From Fuerstiella sp. (GTDB lineage: Bacteria; Planctomycetota; Planctomycetia; Planctomycetales; Planctomycetaceae): a stretch of 64,000 nucleotides of DNA. The stretch spans positions 5,811-69,810 of the forward strand of contig JAVKCM010000069.1 in NCBI GenBank assembly GCA_040222735.1, written 5' to 3'. Shown here piece after piece: positions 18,832-27,043 of the stretch. The notes beneath the pieces were generated by a model, which was not told the DNA's origin, ran no database searches, and saw nothing but the letters and a program-made list of their open reading frames with translations. How positions within the stretch are numbered: position 1 is the first letter of the stretch; the number at the start of each line of letters is the position of its first letter. Both the position numbers and the translations under genes were made by a program.

Positions 18832-20673
18832 ATGAAGTTTCAGTATTTCGTCCTGCTTGCCGCCGCTTTCTGCAACCAGGTCACACCTGCTGCTGAGCGG
18901 CCCAACATCGTGTGGCTGGTGTCAGAAGATAACTCTGTTCACTATCTGAAGCTGTTCGACGATCACGGAGCGGAAACGCCGCACATCGCGAAACTCGCGC
19001 AGCACGGATTAACCTTCGACCATGCCTTTTCCAATGCTCCGGTCTGCAGTGTGGCGCGAACGACGCTGGCCACCGGATGTTATGCGCCGCGGATCGGGAC
19101 TCAGTACCACCGAAAGCACGTTGCTGTACCGCTCCCGGACGGCGTTCGGATGTTTCCAGAGCTGCTGCGGAATACCGGGTATTACACTGCCAACAACAAC
19201 AAGACAGACTACAACGCGATTCCCGGCAAGGAAGTCTGGGATGAATCCTCAAAGAAGGCCAGCTGGCGTGGTCGTGCGGAAGGGCAGCCGTTCTTCTACA
19301 TGCAGAGTTTTCCGGTATGCCACGAAAGTTCGCTGCACTTTTCCGAGCAGGTCATGAAGACGGAAAAAACTCAGACCAATCCGGCAACGGTCTTTGTGGC
19401 CCCGTATCATCCGGACACACCGACCTTTCGATATACGAATGCACGCTATCGGGACCGCATGATACGGATGGATGAACAGATCGGAGCCGTGGTGGACCGG
19501 CTGACAGCCGACGGGCTGCTGGAAGATACGTTCATCTTCTGTTTCGGTGATCATGGGGGCGTACTGCCGCGCGGCAAGGGTTACGCCTACGAAAGTGGCC
19601 TGCATGTGCCTCTGGTCGTCAGGATACCAGACAAGTGGAAGCATCTGGTGGACGCCGAGGTCGGTTCTCGTCAGGCCGGATTTGTCAGTTTTATCGACTT
19701 TGGCCCGACGGTGCTGAACCTTGCAGGGGCGGAGGTTCCCGCGCAGATGGACGGTCGCCCGTTTCTGGGCAAAGGCGTGTCACAGGAACAGTTGCGGGCT
19801 CGCGACGAAGCATTTGGCTATGCCGATCGGTTTGACGAAAAATACGACTTTGTGCGCACGCTGAGAAAGGGGCAGTACGAATATATTCGCAACTACCAGC
19901 CGTTCAATTTCGACGGGCTGCAGAACAACTACCGTTATCGCATGCTGGCCTTTCGCGAGTGGAGAGACCTGTACCACGCCGGAAAACTGAACGCCGTTCA
20001 GCGTCAGTTTTTTGAAGCGCGTCCGGCGGAACAGCTGTTTGATGTCGAGGCTGATCCGCACGAAACCCGCAATCTGGCCGGCGACCCGGCATATGGCGAA
20101 GTCCTGCAGGAACTTCGCCGGCGGATGACGCAGAAGGTACAGGAACTGCCGGATCTGAGTTTTTATCCGGAAAGTGTGCTGGCAGCACAGGCCTTCGAAA
20201 ATCCGGTGGAGTTCGGTCGAAGTCACCGGGACCGGATTGCCCGGCTGGTGGAAATCGCGGACCTGAGCCTCGTCGATTTCGACGACGCTCGCGACGGAAT
20301 TGCGGCAGCTCTGAAGTCGGATCAGCCGATGGAACGGTACTGGGGACTGATTGTGTGCAGCAGTCACGGCCGCGCCGCGGAAGACTTTACTGAGCGGGCG
20401 GCCGAACTGGCAGCCTCGGATGCCGACAGACTGGTCCGCACGCGGGCGGCCGAGTTTCTGGGACTGATCGGGGCGGCCGATCCACAGCCGGTGCTGCTCG
20501 ACGTGCTGCAGACGACATCCTCCGGAATCGAAGCCGGATTGATCCTGAACACGGTTACGCTTTTGCGCGATGGAATGCCAGGGTACGATTTCCGCATCAC
20601 ACCGGAACTGTTTCAGCCTGGCGTCCGCCGTAACGACACCGTGCAGCGGCGTCTTGAGTATCTTGCTCCGTAA
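18832..20673 (+). CDS. Sulfatase (formylglycine-dependent, S1 family) with C-terminal HEAT-like extension
   Basis: RPNIVWLVSED, NAPVCSVARTTLATG, FGDHGG.LPRGK, GLHVPLVVR, EQLFDVEADPHETRNLA. Signal peptide from ATG 18832. Confidence 0.92.
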   Translation: MKFQYFVLLAAAFCNQVTPAAERPNIVWLVSEDNSVHYLKLFDDHGAETPHIAKLAQHGLTFDHAFSNAPVCSVARTTLATGCYAPRIGTQYHRKHVAVPLPDGVRMFPELLRNTGYYTANNNKTDYNAIPGKEVWDESSKKASWRGRAEGQPFFYMQSFPVCHESSLHFSEQVMKTEKTQTNPATVFVAPYHPDTPTFRYTNARYRDRMIRMDEQIGAVVDRLTADGLLEDTFIFCFGDHGGVLPRGKGYAYESGLHVPLVVRIPDKWKHLVDAEVGSRQAGFVSFIDFGPTVLNLAGAEVPAQMDGRPFLGKGVSQEQLRARDEAFGYADRFDEKYDFVRTLRKGQYEYIRNYQPFNFDGLQNNYRYRMLAFREWRDLYHAGKLNAVQRQFFEARPAEQLFDVEADPHETRNLAGDPAYGEVLQELRRRMTQKVQELPDLSFYPESVLAAQAFENPVEFGRSHRDRIARLVEIADLSLVDFDDARDGIAAALKSDQPMERYWGLIVCSSHGRAAEDFTERAAELAASDADRLVRTRAAEFLGLIGAADPQPVLLDVLQTTSSGIEAGLILNTVTLLRDGMPGYDFRITPELFQPGVRRNDTVQRRLEYLAP

Positions 20674-20715
20674 TCCGGGCCGTTTGATTTTCTTTGCTCA
20701 TTGAGATTCAAGAAC

Positions 20716-21768
20716 ATGAAATACCTGTGCCTGTTGACTGTTTTGCTGGCCACTTATGCTTTCTGTGCTGCCGCAGATACGCTCGTGTTTCCGCCGAAAG
20801 ACGGCGATACCGAGGCGAAACATATCGTGCTGATTGCGGGCGACGAGGAGTACCGATCCGAAGAATCCATGCCGATGCTGGGCAAAATTCTGAGCCAGCG
20901 ACACGGCTTCAAGTGTACCGTGCTGTTTTCCTTCGGGCCGGATTCAGCCGACTATATTGACGCAAACAATCAGGCCGGGCTGCGAGGCCTGGAAGCGCTG
21001 GACACGGCCGATCTGATGATTATCGGCACACGGTTCCGGAAACCGGATGCGGCGGGTGCTCAGCATATCACCCGATTTCTGAACGCCGGAAAGCCCGTGA
21101 TCGGTATTCGCACCTCTACTCATGCTTTCAACGGCAACGGTGATTTCGGCGGCATCTCTTATGGTGAATTCGGACGGAAGATTCTGGGCGAACAGTGGGT
21201 CAGTCATCACGGCGGTCATAAGCGTCAGGGGGCACGCGGCGTCATCGAACCAGCTCACGCCGATCATCCGATTCTGAACGGTGTGTCGGATGTGTTCGCA
21301 CCCAGCGATGTATACGGAGTCATTCACCTGACGGACGACGATCAGATTCTGATGCGCGGAGCGGTGACAGAAACGCTGGATCCGCAGTCCCCGCCGGTGG
21401 ATGGTGACAAGAACAACCCCATGATGCCGCTGGCATGGATGCACACCTACGAAACCCCCGACGGCACAGGAACGGGCCGATCTTTCTGCACAACCGCCGG
21501 AGCATCGGTGGACTTTGTCAGCGAAGATCTGCGACGAATGATCGTCAATGCCGCCTGCTTTCTGACGGGACGAGATGTTCCGGCGAAGGCGGACGTGGCC
21601 TTTGTCGACCCGTTCTATCCGAGTTTCTACGGCTTTATCCGGGATAAGGACTACTGGAAGAACGCAGACCTGCAGGTGGAGGACTTCGGCCTCGGCGAAG
21701 CCCCCCACATGCCGGATCCGCCGGGCAGTCCGGAGTGGAATTTTCGAGACTCACCAGCCGCTCGCTGA
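20716..21768 (+). CDS. ThuA-like domain (class I glutamine amidotransferase-like) secreted protein
   Basis: KHIVLIAGDEEYRSEESMPMLGKIL, GKPVIGIRTSTHAF, PLAW...GRSFCTTAGA. Signal peptide. Confidence 0.8.
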   Translation: MKYLCLLTVLLATYAFCAAADTLVFPPKDGDTEAKHIVLIAGDEEYRSEESMPMLGKILSQRHGFKCTVLFSFGPDSADYIDANNQAGLRGLEALDTADLMIIGTRFRKPDAAGAQHITRFLNAGKPVIGIRTSTHAFNGNGDFGGISYGEFGRKILGEQWVSHHGGHKRQGARGVIEPAHADHPILNGVSDVFAPSDVYGVIHLTDDDQILMRGAVTETLDPQSPPVDGDKNNPMMPLAWMHTYETPDGTGTGRSFCTTAGASVDFVSEDLRRMIVNAACFLTGRDVPAKADVAFVDPFYPSFYGFIRDKDYWKNADLQVEDFGLGEAPHMPDPPGSPEWNFRDSPAAR

Positions 21769-21849
21769 ACCGTGTCGCGGGCGGTGTGAGTCTGCATCGT
21801 CCGTTCCACCGTTCCCCGCTTCACCGTTCCCGTGGTTTAGGCATCCTGC

Positions 21850-22812
21850 ATGCAGTTGCGACAGCTTGGCACGTCTGACATTTTCGTATCGCCCGTGGCA
21901 CTGGGGTGCTGGCCGATCACGGGCATGACCACGCTGGACGCCGTCCGCGAAGAAAGCCTGAAGACCATTCAGGCGGCGCTGGACGCCGGGATAAATTTTC
22001 TGGACACCGCCTACGCCTACGGTATCGAAGGCGAAAGCGAACAGATGATCGGCGAGATCATTCACCATCGTCGTGATGACGTGGTCGTGGCTACCAAGGG
22101 AGGACTGCATCGGGTCGGGGCGGCTCAGGAGTATGATGCCAGACCGGACACGATTCAGCGCGAATGTGATGAATCACTGCAGCGTCTGGGTACCGATCAC
22201 GTTGAGCTTTATTATCTGCACGCGCCAGATCCCCGGACACCGATTCAGGATACGGCGGGAGCGATTGCAGAACTGATCCGGCAGGGGAAAGTTCGTGCCG
22301 CGGGAGCCTCAAATCTGAGCCTGACGCAGCTGATGGAATTTCACGCCGTCTGTCCGCTGACGGCCGTTCAGCCGCACTTCAACATGCTGCAGCAGGAAAT
22401 TGAGCAGGACATTGCTCCATGGTGCCGGCAGAACAGCATTTCTTTGTGTGTGTACTGGCCCCTGATGAAAGGCCTGCTGGCAGGCAGGCTGCCGCGGGAT
22501 CATGTCTTTGATCCGCGCGACGGCCGGGCGAAGTATCCCATGTTTCAGGGCGAAGAATGGCAGAAGAATCAGAACTTTCTGGATGACCTGCGACTGATCG
22601 CGACCGACGAGGGATGCACGGTCAGTCAGCTGGTTGTGGCCTGGACCATCAGTCGTCCGGGAATTACGTCGGCCTTGTGTGGTGCGAAGCGGGACTGGCA
22701 GATTCATGAGACGGCCGCGGCCATGTCCCGGCCCCTCAGCGCCGCGGCACAACAGCAGATTGACGCGGCGATAAAACGGCGCGGCCCGAGTATTTCCCGA
22801 GCGGCCGTCTGA
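21850..22812 (+). CDS. Aldo/keto reductase
   Basis: LGTSDIFVSPVALGC, GINFLDTAYAYG, VVVATKGG, SLQRLGTDHVELYYLH, GKVRAAGASN. Confidence 0.95.
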   Translation: MQLRQLGTSDIFVSPVALGCWPITGMTTLDAVREESLKTIQAALDAGINFLDTAYAYGIEGESEQMIGEIIHHRRDDVVVATKGGLHRVGAAQEYDARPDTIQRECDESLQRLGTDHVELYYLHAPDPRTPIQDTAGAIAELIRQGKVRAAGASNLSLTQLMEFHAVCPLTAVQPHFNMLQQEIEQDIAPWCRQNSISLCVYWPLMKGLLAGRLPRDHVFDPRDGRAKYPMFQGEEWQKNQNFLDDLRLIATDEGCTVSQLVVAWTISRPGITSALCGAKRDWQIHETAAAMSRPLSAAAQQQIDAAIKRRGPSISRAAV

Positions 22813-23087
22813 CGTTTGGCCGATCTGACGTTCGGCCAGGTCAACGGGTCGACAGTTCAGCAATTCAACACGTCCACAGGTTTCGGGCCTTCTGCCGCTC
22901 TGGTTTTCGGCCATGTGCTGCGGTTGTTCCGTACCGCTCTGGCCTGCCGGCTGCAGGCAGCCGGCCGAAACAGATTCGCCGGTGTGTTGGGCAGACACCA
23001 CGCTGTTTCCCGGGCAATCGGTGTTGCTGCGACCGTCATCGGACGACTTCGCGCCTTGGAAACGGTCGATCAATAACTGACGGGTTG

Positions 23088-23114
23088 GTCGCCTTTCGCT
23101 CCGCGAAAGGCGAC
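23088..23114. repeat. Perfect 12-bp hairpin GTCGCCTTTCGC-TCC-GCGAAAGGCGAC (REP-like; possible transcript 3'-end structure of hisG)
   Basis: Exact inverted repeat 20 nt downstream of the hisG stop. No long U-tract follows it. Confidence 0.75.
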
Positions 23115-23134
23115 AATAATTGACCGGACACTCC

Positions 23135-24013
23135 TTAGTCGATGATCTTGCTGATCGGGTATTCCACGATGCCGCGAGCTCCGGCTGCCTTTAGTTGTGG
23201 GACCGTGCTGCGAACAACATTCTCATCCACAATGGTGTTCACGGCGACCCAGTCCGGGTCGGACAGGTGAGAAACGGTCGGGGTCTGCAGAGCTGGCAGA
23301 AGCGAGACCACATCATCCAGCCGGTCACGATGAATATTCATCATCAGACCGACTTTTCCTTCCGCGGCGAGGCATGACTGCAGCATCAGAGCGATGTTAT
23401 CGATCTTGGTTCGGAGCCAGTCGTCGGCGTAGCTTTTCGGGTTGGCGATAAACCGCGTCGTGCTCTGAATTACTTCGTCCACGATCCGCAGATTGTTGGC
23501 TCGCAGTGAGCTGCCTGTTTCGGTCACTTCGACGATCGCGTCGGCCAGTTTGGGCGGCTTGACTTCCGTGGCTCCCCATGAAAATTCAACATCGGCCGTG
23601 ACGCCGTGTTTTGCCAGGTAGCTGGTGGTCAGTCCCACCGCTTCGGTGGCGATACGTTTGCCCTGCAGATCGCTGACCGTCTTGATGGGTGAATCTTCGG
23701 GGACGCACAGGACCCAGCGGACGGGCCGGCGGCTGACTTTGGAAAACCTCAGTTCACAGACTTCGTGGACATCGGCGTTGGTTTCCAGCACCCAGTCGTA
23801 GCCGGTGATGCCGGCATCCAGAATCCCATTGGACACGTAGCGTGCCATTTCCTGAGCACGGATCAGCAGGCATTCAATTTCATCATCGTCCACGCTGGGA
23901 AAGTACGATCGCGATGTGAACTTGATGTTGTACCCGGCTCGGCGAAACAGTTCTGCGGTGGATTCCTGCAGGCTGCCCGCCGGAATTCCAAGCTTCAATA
24001 CTCGATCTGACAT
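23135..24013 (-). CDS. hisG: ATP phosphoribosyltransferase, long form
   Basis: [58 protein letters not shown], plus C-terminal regulatory domain. Start placed at ATG 24013. Confidence 0.96.
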   Translation of the reverse strand: MSDRVLKLGIPAGSLQESTAELFRRAGYNIKFTSRSYFPSVDDDEIECLLIRAQEMARYVSNGILDAGITGYDWVLETNADVHEVCELRFSKVSRRPVRWVLCVPEDSPIKTVSDLQGKRIATEAVGLTTSYLAKHGVTADVEFSWGATEVKPPKLADAIVEVTETGSSLRANNLRIVDEVIQSTTRFIANPKSYADDWLRTKIDNIALMLQSCLAAEGKVGLMMNIHRDRLDDVVSLLPALQTPTVSHLSDPDWVAVNTIVDENVVRSTVPQLKAAGARGIVEYPISKIID

Positions 24014-24071
24014 AGGACGTTCGTCTGTTCTTTCTGGAGTGGAGATGGTGCGATCCGCGGACCGGCATCGG

Positions 24072-24464
24072 CTACTTCTTCTGATAGACCTCAGCCGGAT
24101 CAAAGACCCGGTCGCCTTCGACATGCACCTGTCCCGACGCCGGATCAACGCGGCGGAAAAAGCAGCTGCGGTATCCTTCGTGGCAGGCGGCGCCGCCGAT
24201 CTGGTTTACCTTGACCAGCAGGGTATCGGCATCGCAGTCAAAATACAGAGCCTTCAGTTCCTGTACGTTGCCGCTTTCTTCGCCCTTGCGCCACAATTTC
24301 TGCCGGCTGCGGCTGTAGTAGACGACGCGGCCGGTTTTCAGCGTTTCTGCGTACGCATCGGCATTCATCCAGGCCATCATCAGCACGTCGCCGGATTCTG
24401 CATCCTGAGCGATGGCTGGAATAAGTTCGTTTTTGGAGAAGTCGGGGCCGTTCTGGTTTCCCAT
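24072..24464 (-). CDS. hisI: Phosphoribosyl-AMP cyclohydrolase
   Basis: [52 protein letters not shown]. Start placed at ATG 24464. Confidence 0.96.
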   Translation of the reverse strand: MGNQNGPDFSKNELIPAIAQDAESGDVLMMAWMNADAYAETLKTGRVVYYSRSRQKLWRKGEESGNVQELKALYFDCDADTLLVKVNQIGGAACHEGYRSCFFRRVDPASGQVHVEGDRVFDPAEVYQKK

Positions 24465-24977
24465 GATGATGTACTTTCGTTCGCGGTGACATCCCGGTCT
24501 GGTTTCGTCGGTCCGGCAGAGCGGTTTCGGCCGGGACCGATTCGGACCGCCGGATCGGCAAAATGCGGGCGTCCCGTGCTGATTCTGATGCGAGACCGCA
24601 GAGGTTATCAGCCGGAAGTTCCCCGCTCCACCTGATGCCATGATGAGCCACAAGATTTCTGCAAACCGTTGCTGAATAAGGGCTTATAGGCCGATTCCGA
24701 CCGGCTCAGTCCCGAAAAACGGCTCGAAAAAATGTGGGAACTATCAAACCCGAGATTTCTGGCCAGAACTGCCGATGTCGCTTTGTGTGGTATTGCCAAT
24801 GGTCATACGTTGCCTATCATTCCCGCCTGTCACTCTTCACAGCATGTGAGGTTATAACCCGGGTTGCCTTCGGTCCGCCTTGTTGACCGACATCAGAACA
24901 GCTGCGATCTGCGGGTTTTCTTTTGAAGTCGCCGTCAGCGCGGCTCCCGCCACCATCGAACCGAGAGTCCAATATTC

Positions 24978-25589
24978 ATGGCAGAACAAAAGGCCACCAA
25001 CGTTACCTGGCACGATCACAACGTCACTCTGCAGGAGCGTCAGCAGCTGAACGGACACAAGGGCGCTGTCCTGTGGTTCACCGGGCTGAGCGGCTGTGGA
25101 AAAAGCACCATCGCCAATGCTGTCGATCGCCTGCTGCACGACCGGGGTATTCATACCTTCGTGCTGGACGGCGACAACATCCGCATGGGCCTGAACAAGA
25201 ACCTGGGCTTTTCTCCCGAAGACCGCACGGAAAATATCCGTCGCATCGGCGAAGTGGCCAAACTGTTCTGTCATGCCGGAACGATTGTCCTGACCGCCTT
25301 TATCTCGCCCTACAAGGAAGACCGCGACCAGGTTCGCGCGATTCTGGATGATGGTGAGTTTCATGAAGTTCTGGTTGATGCATCGCTCGAAACCTGCGAA
25401 GCACGGGATCCGAAAGGCCTGTACAAGAAGGCTCGTGCCGGCGAAATCAAGGGTTTCACCGGCATCGACGCTCCCTATGAAGCTCCTGAGGCGGCTGAGC
25501 TGACTCTGGATTCCGACAACCATGGCGTGGAAGAGCTGGCCAATCAGGTCATCGCTCATCTTGAAGCAACCGGATGTCTGAGCGCTTAG
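24978..25589 (+). CDS. cysC: Adenylyl-sulfate kinase
   Basis: [13 protein letters not shown]-loop, [53 protein letters not shown]. Confidence 0.97.
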   Translation: MAEQKATNVTWHDHNVTLQERQQLNGHKGAVLWFTGLSGCGKSTIANAVDRLLHDRGIHTFVLDGDNIRMGLNKNLGFSPEDRTENIRRIGEVAKLFCHAGTIVLTAFISPYKEDRDQVRAILDDGEFHEVLVDASLETCEARDPKGLYKKARAGEIKGFTGIDAPYEAPEAAELTLDSDNHGVEELANQVIAHLEATGCLSA

Positions 25590-25737
25590 CTCTAATTATT
25601 CGGGCCACCGCCGCCTGCGTCTGTAAACAAACGCTCTCAGGTCTTCCGGTGTATCCGGCGGACGCCCATGCTCTGGCACGGATCAGCCGGAGTTGTGATA
25701 TCTGACGATCCCTGACTGGAAAGGATTTCCGGTCCGG

Positions 25738-26706
25738 GTGTCTGAGCATAATCTGCAGAAAGGATGCGCGATGACTGTCGCTGCTGTTGCCACAATGTTC
25801 ACGGCCTGTTTTCTGGCCGCGCCCGATATGGATCGGGCGAAGGAATCCGATGGAATGGTTTTGGACAGCCAGATGCCTGCGGAGCAGGTAACTCACCAAT
25901 GGCTGACCTCCTATGACGATGCGCGCCAGCTGGCAGCTCGAAACAACCTTCCCCTGCTGTTGCACTTCGATGCCACCTGGTGCGGTGCCTGTCGCCAGAT
26001 GGAATCCGCCGTTCTGAACAAGCCCGAAGTCACCCGGCTGCTCGGCAAGCAGATCGTGGGTGTGCGAATCGATGCCGATCGCTACAAGGAACTGATTGCC
26101 GAATATGGCATTTCCACATTGCCCACCGAAATTGTGGTGCAGCCTGACGGGTCTCGTGGAGAACGCCTGGTGGGCGCCGTGTCACTGAGTCAGTACGTGG
26201 CCCGACTCCGCCGTATTGACGATGCCGGCCGGTCGGCAGTGGCAGATTCTAAGTCAGAATCACCCGCCGACGCCGCCAATGTCCGTTCCTGCCTGATCGT
26301 ACGGCACGATGGCAAAATGGTTGGCATGGGTGGCTTTTCACCGGTGGCCCTCGTCTCACAAAGACAGTGGATAAAGGGCAGTGATCAGTTCGTCGCCAGT
26401 CACGAAGGTGTCGAATACTTCCTGCAGTCCGCCGCCGAAGTCGAAATGTTCAATGCTGCTCCGGAAGAATACATTCCGAAACTGCATGGCTGCGACCTGG
26501 TGGAACTGCATCTTGAAAATCGTGCCACGACCGGGGCCATCGAATACGGCGCCTTCTACAAGGGCAAGGTCTTCTTCTTCTCCAGCATGGAAAATCGAAG
26601 TCGTTTCGAAAACAACCCCACCTGGTTTCTGGGAGCCATGGCCGACGCCGGAACGACCAATGATGAAATGTTTCCATTTCTGAATGTTGGTTCGGTCGAT
26701 AACTGA
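25738..26706 (+). CDS. Exported thioredoxin-family protein with two YHS-like domains
   Basis: FDATWCGACRQM CxxC motif. Two repeats of G..PV/LV.L......G......Y.G..Y/FF.S.....F...P. Hydrophobic N-terminus. Start may be GTG 25738 or ATG 25771. Confidence 0.8.
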   Translation: MSEHNLQKGCAMTVAAVATMFTACFLAAPDMDRAKESDGMVLDSQMPAEQVTHQWLTSYDDARQLAARNNLPLLLHFDATWCGACRQMESAVLNKPEVTRLLGKQIVGVRIDADRYKELIAEYGISTLPTEIVVQPDGSRGERLVGAVSLSQYVARLRRIDDAGRSAVADSKSESPADAANVRSCLIVRHDGKMVGMGGFSPVALVSQRQWIKGSDQFVASHEGVEYFLQSAAEVEMFNAAPEEYIPKLHGCDLVELHLENRATTGAIEYGAFYKGKVFFFSSMENRSRFENNPTWFLGAMADAGTTNDEMFPFLNVGSVDN

Positions 26707-26745
26707 CAGGTTCGCCGACGCACCGCAACCTGAAATACTTTGCAG

Positions 26746-26780
26746 CACCCTGACCGACGTTCGTCGGCAGGGTGTTTTTT
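26746..26780 (+). terminator. Rho-independent terminator
   Basis: CACCCTG(A)CCGAC-GTTC-GTCGGCAGGGTG followed by TTTTTT, 40 nt after the stop at 26706. Confidence 0.8.
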
Positions 26781-27043
26781 GTGCCGTCGCGACCTGGAAG
26801 ATCCGGAAGACGGGCCCGGAAGTTCCGCGAATGACACCCTCGGCCGGCCTCGTCACAGTCGTGGAGGAGCGGCCGAGAACGATCACGCGTGGCGATCGAT
26901 GGCAGCGACCGTTACAATCTCGTGGTCAGGGCGCTGCTCCTCGGTGTTGCCGGTTCCATCAGGTGCCTGAAGGCCCTCGTCCGGCGGTGGCCGGGCGGGG
27001 CAGTACCGGGAGACGACTGAGCGTCTGGCAGGGAGTATATGCC

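Noticed and set aside
22816-23076. Small ORFs in the gap between the aldo/keto reductase gene and hisG
   Set aside because: No recognisable motif, convincing RBS or coding-like composition in any frame.
24465-24977. His attenuator or SAM/c-di-GMP riboswitch in the hisI-cysC divergent region
   Set aside because: No His-codon leader peptide and no match by eye to the conserved riboswitch cores; an Rfam scan would be needed to exclude this fully.
25675-25692. TGGCACG upstream of the thioredoxin-YHS gene as a sigma-54 promoter
   Set aside because: The downstream GC is one base off the strict -24/-12 spacing.
26684-27043. 120-aa N-terminal extension of the HEAT/TPR ORF
   Set aside because: It overlaps the upstream stop and a clear terminator; the RBS and signal peptide support ATG 27044.
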